Positions 12,715 through 26,118 of a DNA stretch of 64,000 nucleotides are shown here, piece by piece. The position numbers were made by a program, and so were the translations under genes. The first letter of the stretch is position 1; each line of letters opens with the position of its first letter. The DNA comes from Raja brachyura. Taxonomy: Eukaryota. The notes beneath the pieces are model-generated. The model searched no databases. It was not told where the DNA came from and saw only the letters and a list, made by a program, of their open reading frames with translations. The DNA lies in assembly GCA_963514005.1 (NCBI GenBank), contig OY740816.1, positions 17,794,001 to 17,858,000 of the forward strand, in the 5' to 3' direction.

Positions 12715-12859
12715 GTTTTGTGATGTGGAGTTCCATGGGCCTCTCTCAATTCAGGAAGAATGGGTGAGACACCTTCAGCGACACATCCTGGACGTGAACT
12801 TCCCGAAGGTGGAGGCTGTTCGTGAAGAGATCTCCACATCTGCTGAGCCTGAGAAATAG
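12715..12859 (+). CDS. WIZ: WIZ zinc finger protein, last coding exon (C-terminal C2H2-type finger)
   Basis: Polypyrimidine tract plus AAAG acceptor, phase compatible with the previous exon; [31 protein letters not shown]...EK-stop, near-identical to recalled WIZ [29 protein letters not shown]; sits next to AKAP8-family genes as in mammals. Confidence 0.93.
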
Positions 12860-15800
12860 GTTGAATCTGCTGCCTGTGTAGAAACCTGGGTAGATGGGGT
12901 CAGATCGACAAGCGCAGTCTCTCTCCAAGGCACATGCCATTATTTTTTATGTTCTAGTTTAGTGAAGTTTGGAAAGGTTCTTCTTTGCCTTTGAACGTTT
13001 AAGTCCCTGTGTAGTAATGAAAGTATCTGCCTTACGTGGGTTTCCTTATAGAGTAATTCTGCATTCACCTCATACAATTAGAATGTCGCGCAGAACAGCT
13101 TAGCCTTGATTAATGTTGTATAGTCTAGAAGCAGTCACGTGCCACAGTCCTGTCGAGGAGAGCCGCAGTGCCAAGAGGGCGCTGAAGTATGTGGCACTAA
13201 TGTAGCCGGGGCCACAGCTTGCTCCAGATCCATTTGGCTGCCTGCCGTCAAACCCCCAGGCAAGGAATCCTGCATTAATTTGTGCCTTGGGAAAGACGGA
13301 AGGCAACACGAGGCAGATGGATGACAGTAACTTAGCCCATTTTTAATAACATACCACTTGTTAACTTGTTGTGAGTGAAGCTTAAATTTGACGTGTCGCA
13401 GTTAAAGATAAACAAAAGGACTCCTCTGCAGGCTGCCCTCTTCCTGCTTGTTGCATTGAGGCAGATACAGGAAGCTGTGAAGCAGAGGTGTGGACGTGGC
13501 CATTGCTGTGGTGAGTGAAAGGGGGCTGTGGATACAAGGCACAGGTCACCTGGTCCTGCCTGGCATGATGTCCAAGGCTGAGGCGCGTCCACTGGCATAT
13601 CTGGCCCATAGCCCGGAGGGGGGGTGGTTCACTTGCATTGCTGCCAGCCTCCAGTCCAAAAGTGGGCAGTGGGTTCTCCAGCAGAGTGAACAGCAACTCC
13701 GTCCGGATCTGAAAGGGTGATGTGTTACAATGGGCTCTTCAGATGGCAGAGTGCAGACAGCTATGTATACATCAGTCCCTGCTCAAAGGCAATACAGAGT
13801 ACTTCAGTTTCACAGTCTGCCTGGTTTAACTGAAACGTTGCTATGTCCGCATGCAGGAAACCTGCTTTCTGCTTCCATTGGGCCGGAAAGCCTTTGAAAC
13901 AGAATCCCTCCTCCCACAGTTGTGTATTTTGCCTCACTCCTGCCACGTGTGGATCGAGTCACACAATTCTGTTTCTCGACTAACAGGCATGTGGCTGTGA
14001 GGGTTGGTGGGGTGTGGGGGCAACTCGAGTCCAAAAGAGGGATGTTTATTCCTCGTAGTCCAAGCCACTAATTTCGCATTTTGGTCATAGATGTTTCAGA
14101 ATTTAGTTGCAATTTTAATATTTAGCGAAGGGGCTATTTGCTTTTAATGTGTTTAGGTCACCAAGTGGCAGTGCATTTGCGCAGAAAGATGTAGGTATAC
14201 TTGATAGTTGTACTGTACAGATGCCTTATTTTTCCTTTTGTCGTCTTGTACGTGTGCTGGATGATGGTTGATTTTAGCGAAGTGTAAAGCAGGTCCTTGA
14301 ATCTCTTGTGGTCCCTTTCACGTCCGTGGACCCCTTGTCACCTTGTGTCTGACGAGCAGATAGATGCAAGCTTCCTCCACAGGAACCAGCCCAGCCACTG
14401 CTGCCTGCCTGCCTGCCTGCCAGCAGGGACACCTGCCTGCTCCATCGGTTGTGCATCGAAGAGATCTCCCTGCTACTGGGGTGATCCACCATCCACTGGT
14501 CCTTTAGCAAGCCAGGTAATGATGCTGTGGGGAGGATGAGGAGGAAGTTCTCTCAAGGCTGCTCATTAGAAAGATATTCGTCAAATTCAAATCTCTCTTT
14601 CCTCTCTCCACCAAAACAAAAAAAATCTGTCTCAGAACCACCACTTCTGATTTGTAAGTGGACTACAAATGGTTGATTTGTTTTTATTGACTGTTTGAAT
14701 TAAAACCTATTGTTTGTGATCACTATCTATTTTCAGTGTTGTGATGTGGGTCTATGCATCTAATGCAGTTGGACTCTGTGACCAAAAAAAAATATCTTGT
14801 TACCTGTTTGTTCCTGTGACTGTGTATTGTAACTTGGAGTGTACTGAAATATACCTTCATAACCAAAGGTGCTATGAAATTGGTTGTTGGGTATCACAGA
14901 AAAAGATTTTGTTTTCCAGAATGGACTGTGTCTCAACACATTTACACAACCCTTCATTGAACCAGTGGAAATTCATTGTAGGTAAATCCCCTTCCGATGG
15001 TCATTTGGGTAGTTTATTGTTGTGGGGTTTTTTAGTGTATTGGTAACAAAATATATATTTTGAATATTTCATTTTAGTATTGTGTGGAACCTCTTAATTT
15101 TAGTTCTGAACTTCCCATCTTCACTGCCAAACTGTCACTGCCACTCCTTCACCTTGGGTTTGGTACTTGCAAGATGGAGGCAAGACTCTTCACTGCGCTC
15201 CACCGCTGACAAACTTCTCACACTTCCTCAGATCCTGAGCCGCACGGATTCACGGTTATTGTTTCTACATGCCCGCTATTAAGTTTGGCTGAACCCACAA
15301 CCACCTGTGTAAATCCTGCGATTTTGGTTGCTCTTGTTCTCTGGGAGGCACCTTGGTCTTTCCCTCGTAATCCCAGCCTACTCCCAGAACAACCCAGGGA
15401 GTAAATAAAAAAATCCAGCGCCGTTTGTGTATTTTCAATCTGGGTTTGTGTGGAGTATTTTAAATGGAGCATATCTAGATTATATTTCAAATGAGTCTTC
15501 CTGAACTGGGAACTCTTATGGTATTAATACCAATTTGTCACCGGGGGGTCTTGCTGCCTGTGGAGATGTTACTTGGAGTTGCCTCTTTTCTGAAGTTTGC
15601 TTGCTGTGCAATTTGATTGTTAGCAGCCCACGAGATTGTTCTTTTGGCTTTTGAGATTTCTAGTCTTGTTGATGGTCTGATCACATTTAGTGGCAGTGTG
15701 AAATAAATCTTTATCTGCTTCAACAATAACTCTTCCCGTCAAATTCAAAGGCATGGGAGTTGATTCAACAGTCACGTGGTTTTTAGGAGAGCAGCATGTT

Positions 15801-18800
15801 AAGAGAGCAATGTTTGGACCTGGTGCTGAGGCTTTGAAAGAGTTAAGTCAATCAATCCCACTTCACTGTTCGTTATGAATAGAATTAATTATTTTCCTCC
15901 ATCTATTCCTGTTAGTTTTGATGATCAATCTTTGTAGGATTGAGTGGTTTATCTTTTACTTGAAACTTTAAAGGAATCTCTTGGGTAGTTGGCGGTGTCT
16001 GTTTGTCCTGGTTGTTGCGTTTGAAGATTGTTCCAGGAGGTAAACTCTGTGACTAAATCAGTGAAGAGGTGGAGGAAGGAATCATCTATTGAATCTGAAT
16101 GTGGTTGCTATTGCCTTCCAAGAATCTGAAATGTATTTGAGAATAATTTTTTGGTAGTGCAAATATTTAATTACTTAGGGTTGTGACATCAATGATTTCT
16201 CTGGTGGTGGTTACTATAATGAGATTTTGCTTTTTGTTTTATTGATGTAGTTGTAACTTCATAAAAAATGCTTTTTATTCTGTACCCCCAACTTGTTCTT
16301 GCATGTGCTGTTGAATATTACTGATTCTCAACCCTTTGTATTTTAACCCACTCCTTTTTTAACAAACGTATTACAGCTACCACAATAAAAGTGAATTTGA
16401 ATTTTGCGCAGCTTGCAGCTTCACAGCTTTAATTTCCCTTTTAATACATGGAGTGTTGAGGATATGGAGTAAAACCATCATCGGTTTTACCTTTTTGTTC
16501 ACCATCTTCTGGCAGAAACATACTGCACGATCGGTCTGTGCAGATGAATGTTTCCGAAGCAGAGTAATATTTCAGAAGTTTTGTTTCAAACAATGCTTCT
16601 ACTCCTCTCGCCTCGTAGCAGAAATGTGATTTGAGTTTGTGAATCATACTGAGTTATAGCCAGTGAGATGGGCAGCCTTGGGTTTTGTGTTAATTTCCAG
16701 ATTACAATAGGCAGTCCCATTAATTGTTTTTCTTTTTGTTAAACTTTGATACTGTATGCTGGAAATGTATTTTTTAAGGTGAACACATGGGAATTTTAAC
16801 ATAAAACCAATCAGTAATGAGTTCAACAGCCATGTGTATAATGTTTAAATCACATGGAATGAGGCCCAAAACATTCTCAGATGTAAATGTTAGGAGTGTT
16901 TTTGAAGGTAGGTGTAGAGTGGCTTACAGTTTCCAGCAATTAGGTTACCAGGCAATTGGTGAAGCAATGGTGGTTGGGATTTGGAATTATCTTGATCATT
17001 TCACTGTTTTGTCCCCTTTCAAAATGTGAATTGTCTTATTCAAAATGTACTCCGGAGAATCTGTGGTTCTGCATAGCTGCTCCACTTTGAATGCCATAAG
17101 GATAGCCACATAAGGAATGTTGATATGTACCCAACAATCCACGGCAGTCCTGAGTGAATGTTTATAATCTGGTTGTAGTTCTGATTATTTTTCAGTCTGA
17201 TTTTTGATCATGTAAAATTGTATGCAGATCCCGCATCCTTTTCAGCTGCCTTTGTTGTGTAGTGCTTACTCTGGACTGGAAGTTCAGATTTATCGATTTC
17301 TCCAATCTCTGTAGACTGTTGGTCAGGCTCTGTAAGCTTGTTAGGGTTTCATATTTAATAGTTAACCCCTGGGAGACTTAATCATGGGCTTCTTGCTGAT
17401 GCTCACTTTGGCTTTGTTTCCTATGGCTCACTAACTTGCTGACATCCTCTGACCAGATCCAAGTAATGTATGAGAAACTCATCTCCAGCAAAACAAAATA
17501 CTTTAGGTTGTCTCAGGACATCAGATAGTAAGGAGATATATTAGGAACCAATACGATGTTCCTGCAACCACATGGAGGTCACTGGTTTTGCCATTTAATC
17601 AGTTGGGCTAGCCAGTTAGATTATGAGTGGATAGCTGCTTAGAGTTATTGGGCATGGCCTCATATGACCTGCTTTACCTCAACATGACTAAGTGAAATGT
17701 TCTGCACTGTAAATAGGGCTAGGACATCTGCGGCAATAGTAAATATATTGTCTAGGGCATCTGTCTGCTATGAATCTTTCCATGAAGTGAGGAAATATTC
17801 ATGATTTTTGAGCTATCCAAATGCACAGGTGTGAATCTGAACAATTGCCCGTGTAAATTTCTGAAATGTTGCTTGGAGTGATGCCGTCCCACTTTTCCCA
17901 GTTCCCCTGCTGATTTTGCTTTTAGATTCTGAAGAGAAACGCGACTCCATTAGGCCTCATATTCTGTGGAAAATCAATGGAGGGCTTGGGTTGTTTAGTT
18001 TGGAGATCCTTGCAAACTGTTACAACTTGTGGAAGTGTGGGTTTTTGTGTTCCGTTGATCTGCATGTTGTACCCGAGACAGGTGCGTGCAGTAAAGTCCA
18101 CATGCTGTGTGAGGTCAGTAGTTCTGGGACTAGACATATAATGTTAAACTACATTGCCATCCAGTTTCTACCAGTAAAATGCTGCTTATCTGGGGACTAT
18201 ACCTGAATGCTAAAATTATGGTAAAAGTACCCAGGATGATTAATCTACATGTTGAGCAGTTGTTTCATGACTGAAATTGCAGTACAAGAGTTCCGTTTTT
18301 GTAGCTATCACTGTTATACAGATTGGAACTATGTTTTTTTTAATTAAAAAGAACACTATAATAGAAAACATGCTCTGAATATTGTTGCTGCCCAAAACAT
18401 CTGGTTCCTAAATTCCAGAACAATTTTTCACTCTCAACAGGAGTAGCTAGAATAAGAAGTGTATGCAATCGTCATATGGACCATCACAGTTTATATAAAT
18501 TGTATCTTAGTGAACTTGCAGCATTAAAAAAAAATCCTGAGTGATCACAAGGTCAACTCTTGAAATTCTGAGGTGGGGTTGGGCATGTAGGGGGAAGATG
18601 CATTAACTGTGACTTGAGCTATCTTTCTGTGCTTATTTTCTTTGAGGCAGGTATATGTTGGAAGGAAACTAACAGATGTTGGAAATGTGAAAAAGTACAA
18701 CCTTGAAGTGCACAAAGCAACAGTTCAGTTGCAGATGCTGTTTTTCAAATCTTTTAATCTCTTAAATATCAATGTAGCACACTGTGGTTAATTTATTTAT

Positions 18801-20260
18801 TTTTCCTGATTAGAAACTCTGGATTGAAAGCTTCCCTGAAGGTGTGATGATACTCAGTCCATTCCTTTGATTGTCCCTCTCCTCTCCCCATGCACAGTAC
18901 TGTTAAGGTTGTCATTCTGCTTTTGTATAATGTATTTTGTAGGTTTAAAAAGTCACTTTTACACTTGGAATTTTAATTCATGGTCTTAAGGTGTTTCACT
19001 GATGCCAGCCACAGGATGATAAAGTATTGGACAAGCTCCTTTATATGGAAGCCAGGATCACTACAGACACATTTTTTGAAAAAATTGTCAACACATTAGC
19101 CTGATATTCATGTTGAGATATTGTAAAAAGAAATTGTTGCGTGGTGTAAAATAGTTTGAGTTCCTGTAGTCAGCTGCAGTTCTTGACCTAGTTTGTACCA
19201 AGATGTGGTGAATAAAATAGTAAAGGGTAGTTAGGCTTGATATAATATAGGTGTAACCCTACAAAGAGTGGAGCAGATCTAAGGTATGCCCTATGGAATC
19301 CTTGTGGCATGGCTTTAATATGCTCCTCATTAGTATCTAAATAGGTGTTAATGTTTTAGCCTCTTAATCATGTGGTCACTGTCATAAACAAGCGAGTACT
19401 GCTTGGATTATTTTCCTTGCATTGGGTAGTATTCCAGGTAGACATCCAGGGAGGTTGATTCTTTTTAATGGGAAGAGGTCAAACTATAGCTACATTCAAG
19501 CTAGAAGCTTCCCTTTACCAAAGTGAAATAAGGTACAGGACTAGCATTAATGTTCAAGGCTGAGTTTTCATTCAGTATTACCCTGCATATTAAGATGCAA
19601 GATTTCTATAGATATTTGACAACACTCGTTAGCTGGATGAGGGATTAAACCGAAAAGCTCAATATATAGATATTACTGCAGGGCATGATCCTAACTGCCA
19701 TTTTCTCTTGGTACATAATGAGGACCAGTAGAGATTAATCATTGTATAATGAATACTGTTGTCCATGGTTTTAAAATACTATCGTAAGCTACAATTCGGT
19801 AGCTATGGTGAAATTTCCTGTGCTCAGGTTTGATGCGTGAAATATTTGAAATTCAACCTTTAGTCTCTACTGCTGCTTATTCGTATCCTGCACCGTTCCT
19901 GTTCTGTTGCTGGGGTCAGTGGAACACATTTGTAATTAGGTAGACACTGCATTTTATAATTTTTTTTAAATATGTAAACTTGATTGCGCACACAGCTGTA
20001 TAGGGCTGTATTTACTGATTTGTAATGGAGTCATTTATAAATTTAGTATATGGTAAAGCTTCTAAGGAAGATGTGTACAACACATGTTAACTCAACTTTC
20101 CACACTAACTTCTGTTCTTAAACTGTTGAAGGTTAAACAAACCAAACTGGAAGCTGGTGCCTCAGAGGTATAAACTGTTACTGCTGTACATGTTACTGAA
20201 GGTTGTGTATCATTTACTCCAAATAAACAAAACCCAAAATAAAAATGTTCAGACTGGTAA
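12860..20260 (+). other. WIZ: Putative long WIZ 3' UTR
   Basis: No recognisable SINE, LINE or MITE over about 7.4 kb; U-rich, UGUA-rich segments; AATAAA at 16384, 19211, 20222 and 20238. Confidence 0.55.
20222..20243 (+). terminator. Candidate distal polyadenylation signals of WIZ
   Basis: Tandem AATAAA (20222-20227, 20238-20243) preceded by TGTA motifs, at the end of the repeat-free block. Confidence 0.5.
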
Positions 20261-20993
20261 ATTTAGTATGTTAGACCTTGAAAACAGTACCCCGCTTAAG
20301 TGAAAATTTGTAAGGATGTGTATTGTACTTGCAATTTTAGATTGCTCCACTGATGATGATGCCATCATCCAAAACAGAGGTTATGTTGCAGTTTCTAACC
20401 TTCTCACCTCTGAATGATTAGGAAATGGCTTCCCAATTATACTATAACTCTCTCCTGAACTTTACGTTTGTTTAGTCTTTTACAAGTGAAGTTGGGAAAG
20501 CTTTTACTAAAAATATTAGACAAGATCTTTAACTCTTATTTGTGGCAGTTCCATGTTCAAATTGTGTACACAGGTGATACAAAGTGACTAGTTGCCCTAG
20601 AAAGATTGCTTTTGCCATACAATGTCACTTAAGCTAAATCAGGAACCCTGCCATCCTGTGATTCAGTTATGATCCAATATTCCTTTCCAGTACAAAGACC
20701 ATATTCATTCTCTGAAAGAGCCTTCACTCCCACATGGAGTTATCTCAGTGTTATTAATGTCCTTAAATTAGCCAACTATTAGCCAAGCTTTTGGTCCATG
20801 TAAATATGATAGCATTAAGCTATTCAAAACAAAACATAGCAAGTGCAAATCAAGGAACCAGTTAAATAGGCATCTAGAATACTATTTTCCCACTACAAAT
20901 GCAAAATCTCACTCATGTAATGGTCTGACAGAAGCAGATCAATTATTAGGAAAATATATTTAAAAGCCAAGACACTGAGGATACATTGGAAGT

Positions 20994-21759
20994 TTTAATT
21001 GACAGTGCTACAAACTGATTTACAGTTGTGTATAAAATTGAAAACAAAAGTTCAAGTACATATAAGTAGCCTAAATAAAGCTATAGCATAGAAAAGCAAG
21101 GGCAGAATAAATCAGGGAGGGGGGGAAATAATGCTGCTACTTTTTGCAGATTACACAATGCTAAACTACACATTCCAACTGAGCGAAGCCATATCTGCTT
21201 TTAATTTAACATTGTTCAATACTCAAATGTACTTGAATCACCTAGCACTACAGTTCATAGGCAAGTGGATCTGCATTTGGTTTGAAAACAGGTGCAAATT
21301 CAATAAAGTCAAGCCAGGCTTAGATTCACCAGGAAAGGTTACTGTTATGAGGAAGCCCATACCCTGTGGGAATGTAGTATTTAGGCTCCCAAACCAATCC
21401 AATGAATTTAAATGATGGCATTTATAGATCTAAAGCAAAGCAACATGCTCAAAAGTGCCACCCACCTTCATGCAGAAGCTAATTAATATAACAAAATAAA
21501 CCAGTTACCTGCTGCATATTTACAATTCACCTGTACACAAACCAAATGAGAAATTAAAACCAGTATCTTAGTTAAGCAACTGTTCTAATGGACCAAATGG
21601 TAATAATTCTTCGTTGCGTGGCTTGGAATCAAGACACCAGATCGTACAAGTTACAGATCACTTAAGCGTAGGTTACTGCAAACAAACTTCATGCCAGTCC
21701 TCAACTTTGTAGGGTCAATTGAATACCACATTAATCACATTACAGAAACCAAATTTATT
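20994..21759 (-). terminator. Candidate polyadenylation signals of the AKAP8L-like gene
   Basis: Minus-strand AATAAA at 21754-21759 (about 200 nt past the stop) and ATTAAA at 20994-20999 preceded by UGUA/U-rich sequence. Confidence 0.45.
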
Positions 21760-21956
21760 TTTAAAAATTCACATTAAATGTGAGAAGATGAGAGAAAAAT
21801 TGACTTCTCAGCCACATGGGATGAAACTGAAATACAGCAAGTGAACACAAATCTACTGGCAAGTTAAAAACACTGAAATTCTTAAACTAGTATAAACCTC
21901 AATAATTGGTATGGGATAGAATTATACCTGCATGTTTGCAGAAATCAGCCTAAAAT

Positions 21957-22460
21957 TTACTCCAATTGCTCCTCTTCTCCCTTCAGCATCTCATCTTCCT
22001 CTTCAGCTGTCAATTCCACCTCCCTCTCTTCTGCTGCTGCCACACCCTCTGTTTCCCCAAGAGCCCTTTCTGCTGCGTGCACCGTCTCTCCCTCAGCATC
22101 TCTCTTCCCTTCCACTTCTGTCTCACTTCCAGGTCCTTTCTCTTCTGTCTCCGTTTCAGGCCCTTTCTCTTCTGTCTCCACCCTGTCAGTCCCTGATGCT
22201 GCCTCACCCTCCTCCCCTGAACCCCGTCCCAATGCTTCCGCCCCAGCTCCCTCCCCAGTCTCCTCTTTCCTCATCTCCCCAATGTTTTCTTCTAATGGGT
22301 CATCCACTTCTTCCTTTATTCTAACTGTGCTGTCATTATCTTCATTCTCCCCTTCTTTGGCCTCAACATCCATGGAGGCATCTTTCAAAGCCTCGCTCTC
22401 AGCAGTCTCATCGCCAGCATCTTCTTCGTCTTTGTCCTCATCAGTGAATGGGTTCTCACC
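21957..22460 (-). CDS. AKAP8L: AKAP8L-like (AKAP95 family), coding exon 13 (last; acidic tail)
   Basis: CTTTTCCAG acceptor; GENPFTDEDKDEED...EEEQLE-stop; GENPFTD matches the recalled AKAP8L motif after zinc finger 2. Confidence 0.85.
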   Translation of the reverse strand, partial: GENPFTDEDKDEEDAGDETAESEALKDASMDVEAKEGENEDNDSTVRIKEEVDDPLEENIGEMRKEETGEGAGAEALGRGSGEEGEAASGTDRVETEEKGPETETEEKGPGSETEVEGKRDAEGETVHAAERALGETEGVAAAEEREVELTAEEEDEMLKGEEEQLE

Positions 22461-23264
22461 CTGGAAAAGGAGGGTGTTTTAATTAGAATAAATTAGACTC
22501 CACAGGATAGCTGTTCAAATGCTCCATTATGACCAGAAACAGAAAAATGCTTTTTCACACCATAATCACAAAATTTAAAACTCAAAAGATGCACACATTT
22601 CTGAAAATGTTAAGATGTTTCCCCAAAAAATAAATCTGGATTAAGCTAAAATCAGAGCCTCTCATCTAGACAAAAAGTAGAATTCACTCAAACTACTCTA
22701 TTGCATTCCTTCTTGTATGAAGATCAGAACTTGAAGATTTGAGGAAAGGGGTTTCAGACAGCACCCAGAAAAGTAACAAAGCTCTTAAAAAGCTAAAAAC
22801 AAAATAAAACCTAAAGCAGAGGGAACAAAACATATAATCATATGGATTGAGGTAAATATACCCTCCACAATCTGTAAACCATCTCTATTTTTAACATTCA
22901 CACCTTTGAACCCATATTTCTGGCACACGTTGGCTGTGCAACATGCTAGGGCAGAAAATGGAAATGGCACAGAGCAAGATACATACAAAACAAAATCAAA
23001 GTGTCTATTAGAATGCATGTAGTATTTTCAATAAGATAGACGGCAGCATAGATAACAAGAGTATGATCTGATAGCCATTATGGGAATATAGAACGGGAGA
23101 ATGAAGATAATGACAGCACAGTTAGAATGGGAATATAGTTGCAGGGTGACCAAGACTGGGTATTCAATATTCCAAGTGATACCAAAAGGGAGAGGAGGAA
23201 GGGCTTGATGGCTGATCAAATTATCAGAGTGGTGTTGAGTCCTGATACAGAGGCAGTGGATAGT

Positions 23265-23530
23265 TTAGAGATAAAGCATAGAAACAGGCCCTTCAGCCCA
23301 CTGAATCCATGTCGACCATCCACACTAGTTCCATGTTATCCCACTCCCTACACACTAGCGAGCAATTTACAGACCCCAATTAACTTATAAACCTGCACAT
23401 CTTTGGGATGTGGGAGGAAATCCACAAGGTCACAAGGATAACGAGTAAACTCCACACACACAGCACCCAAGGTCAGGGTCAAGCCCAGGTCGCTGTGGGA
23501 CAGCAGCTGTACCAGCAGCACAACTGTGTC
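23265..23530 (-). mobile_element. HE1/V-SINE-like tRNA-derived SINE
   Basis: Central domain GGTGCTGTGTGTGTGGAGTTT...TTCCTCCCACATCCCAAAGATGTGCAGGTTT and CR1-derived 3' tail GGGCCTGTTTCTATGCTTTATCTCTAAAC. Confidence 0.8.
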
Positions 23531-23559
23531 ATCTATAGTAATAGATAAAGTCAGGGAAA

Positions 23560-25030
23560 GATGATGGGAATAGTCTGTAGAACCCCAATATCTCCACTGA
23601 ATGGAGCACAAATGGGAAGATATCTAGGGCATGTTTGAAGGGAACTACAATTGCAATGGGAGATTTCTACTTATTGATTAGACAAACCAAACCGGGAAGG
23701 GTTTTGCAGAACAATAATTTGTGAGTGTCAGGAATGGCTTCTTGGAACAGCAGGTTATAGAACGAACCAATTTTGGATTTACTCATGAGGAACGAGGAAG
23801 CACCAGAGATCTTGTGGTCAAATATTCCTTCGTAGGTCGTGACCACAATACGATAGAATTCCAGATGTAGTTTAAGGGTGAATACCACAAGACCAAAACT
23901 ACCGACTTCAACTTAAATTGGGGCAATTATGGCATGAGGGTGGAATTGTTCCAGGTGAACTGGTAGCAGGAGCCAAGAGGCAGGTCAGTAGATGAATAGT
24001 GACAGCTGGTTTATGACAATCAATAGAAAATTTATTCCTAATTGGGGTAAACTCATGAGAAAGGCACACAAACTGTGGTTAACAAAAGGTCAAGTATTAT
24101 GTTGAATTGAAGAGTGGTGACAAAGTGGCACGGGCTGATTACAGGACGGAGGACTGGGAATTTAATGATCCAGCAGCCTAAAGCTCCAAGACAGAAACTG
24201 ATTTTGATTTTTAAAAAATTGCAGGTAATATCAAAAACACAGTTTCTGCCATATATAAATAGGAAGGCAGCAACTAAAATAGGCGAGGTATCGCTCGGGA
24301 GAACGAGGCTGGTGAATTAACAACAGAAAACAGAACTGGTGGCTATGCAGAATCAATTGCTGGGACTCAACAGCCTGCATCAAAGAAAACAGCTGCAGAG
24401 GCAAGGACCATTGGTCGAAATATTTCAAAACAGGTAATGTCTCCCTTGTTCAATAAGAGAAAAAAAAATCAGCAAACTCCAGGCTAGTTAATTTGACACC
24501 CACTATTGGCAAGATGCTCAAGTCAGTAATCAAGGATGAAATAAACTATTTAGGAAATATGAATATAATCAAACATAGTCAACATGGTTTTATGAAAGTT
24601 TGGGAAATCTGCTAAAATTTTGGGTCTGAGATTTGGTCCGAAAGAGATTCCCGAGAGGAGGGCTTTCCTTGTCAAGAGAAGCCGGACAGTTTTGGTCCGT
24701 CTTCCTGGGAATTCGAAATGAATGACAAGTCCCCTTATTCAAACATACAAGATCCTGAGGGGGTTTGATAAGATTGACATTTGAGATGTGTTTACTAGTG
24801 GGAGAATCACGAAAAGGCAGAGTTATGTAATGGGGCAGATCAATTAAAATTGAGCATAAAAAATATTTGAGAGCTGTGATTATCTGGAATTCTCTGTCTT
24901 AATGGATGCCTGATATCAAGATACATGTAAAATGGAGGAATTGAAGGTTTTGGGGAACAGGTACAGAAGAGGAGTTGATGCCGGCATGGAACATCAAGAT
25001 CAAGGCATGGTCGAGGCCTGGTCATGAGAT
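23560..25030 (+). mobile_element. Decayed CR1 LINE fragments
   Basis: Pieces resembling endonuclease (ATGGGAGATTTC, TTCTTGGAACAG, GTGACCACAATACGATAGAATT), RT (CAACATGGTTTTATGAAAG) and 3' end (CAAACATACAAGATCCTGAGGGGGTTTGATAAG). Confidence 0.65.
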
Positions 25031-25182
25031 CAACTGGATACAAACCTACAATATTCTCCACAAGCTTCAAAAGTAGAAGACACAACCTGTTTCCCCAAGA
25101 GTTCCTTCTATCAGTACATATGTTACTTTTTATCTAAGCAATAAAAAATACGCAGCCAAATTACACTTGACCAGCTCTGTAC

Positions 25183-25278
25183 CTTTTTATACTTTTCTAG
25201 CATTGCTGCAATGTTGCGGTTGTTCAGGACACTCCGAGCGACAACTAGGCTGCCCTTCTTGGCTTTCTCCAACATTAT
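25183..25278 (-). CDS. AKAP8L: AKAP8L-like, coding exon 12
   Basis: 96 nt, phase 0-0, CCTCACCAG/GTACAG; IMLEKAKKGSLVVARSVLNNRNIAAMLEKYKK (AKAP95-family helix SL-VA-S-LNN); not in the ORF track. Confidence 0.9.
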
Positions 25279-25934
25279 CTGGTGAGGAAGCAAAGAACGG
25301 TAAACGAGAAGCCAAGAACAAAGACGGCTACTTTATAATTAGATTTCTGTGTTAATATTGTTTTGAATCTTGTAATTAGTAGATACAAAGTATTCAATTT
25401 CTTTACACATCAAGAAAAGGACCAACCCCAATACTATTTAAAATCACATTATAGAATTGGCCATATTGGAATCTTAGGTGTAGAAATGCTGGACAATATC
25501 TTTAACTACGCCACTCCCAGTTGAGGGCTTTGAGGTACTTGATTCCATTTAGGAGAATAAAATGTACCTTCCATTCTAAAATTAAATTTGTAACCTCTCG
25601 ACAGGTAAACTCGGGCCCAATTTCAGAAACCCATAGAAAGCAAATTCAAGGAAGTACTACATAAATGGAAAAAAAATGTATTTCAGTAATAAATAATTGT
25701 AAACCAGATAAGAATGATTTCCGAGATAAGTGAAGGGGCCTAACTGATGCCAATGTACTTAGAGAGCATTATTTGAAAATCAGGTTCCATGAAAATGCAG
25801 TATTGTTCAAGACCTGAGCACATTAAATCAGCAGCAACAGAGAAAAATAATTGGTTTTCATGGACTTCCTATGTACCTCAAAAGTTACACCAGCCATATA
25901 ACAATCCTGTGCACCACAGAACACCACGTAAAAG

Positions 25935-26118
25935 TGGAGTAACTCAACGGGTTAGGCAGCACCTCTGGAGGTGACAATTTGGGTTGGGTCTACTTCCGGT
26001 CCCAAGACGGGTGCCAATCTGAAATGTCACCAAATCCTCCAGAGATGTTGCCTGACCCCCTGGGTTACTTGAGCACTGTTTTAGGCAAGATTCCAGCATC
26101 TGGAGTTCATTGTGTCTA
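25935..26118. repeat. Palindromic pair of Penelope-pLTR-derived repeats (decayed)
   Basis: GGAGTAACTCAACGGGTTAGGCAGCACCTCTGGAGG / CCTCCAGAGATGTTGCCTGACCCCCTGGGTTACT. Confidence 0.7.

Noticed and set aside
12218-12859. ZNF644 (with ZNF326) as the alternative paralogon identity
   Set aside because: [38 protein letters not shown] fits recalled WIZ better, and the neighbours have AKAP8-type N-termini
13100-20200. Short ORFs or miRNA/snoRNA genes in the region downstream of WIZ
   Set aside because: No recognisable protein motifs, consistent splice structure, box C/D or H/ACA pattern, or convincing hairpin by eye; an Rfam scan is needed to exclude them
21932-22482. Plus-strand Pro/Ser/Leu-rich ORFs
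   Set aside because: Antisense shadows of the acidic last exon
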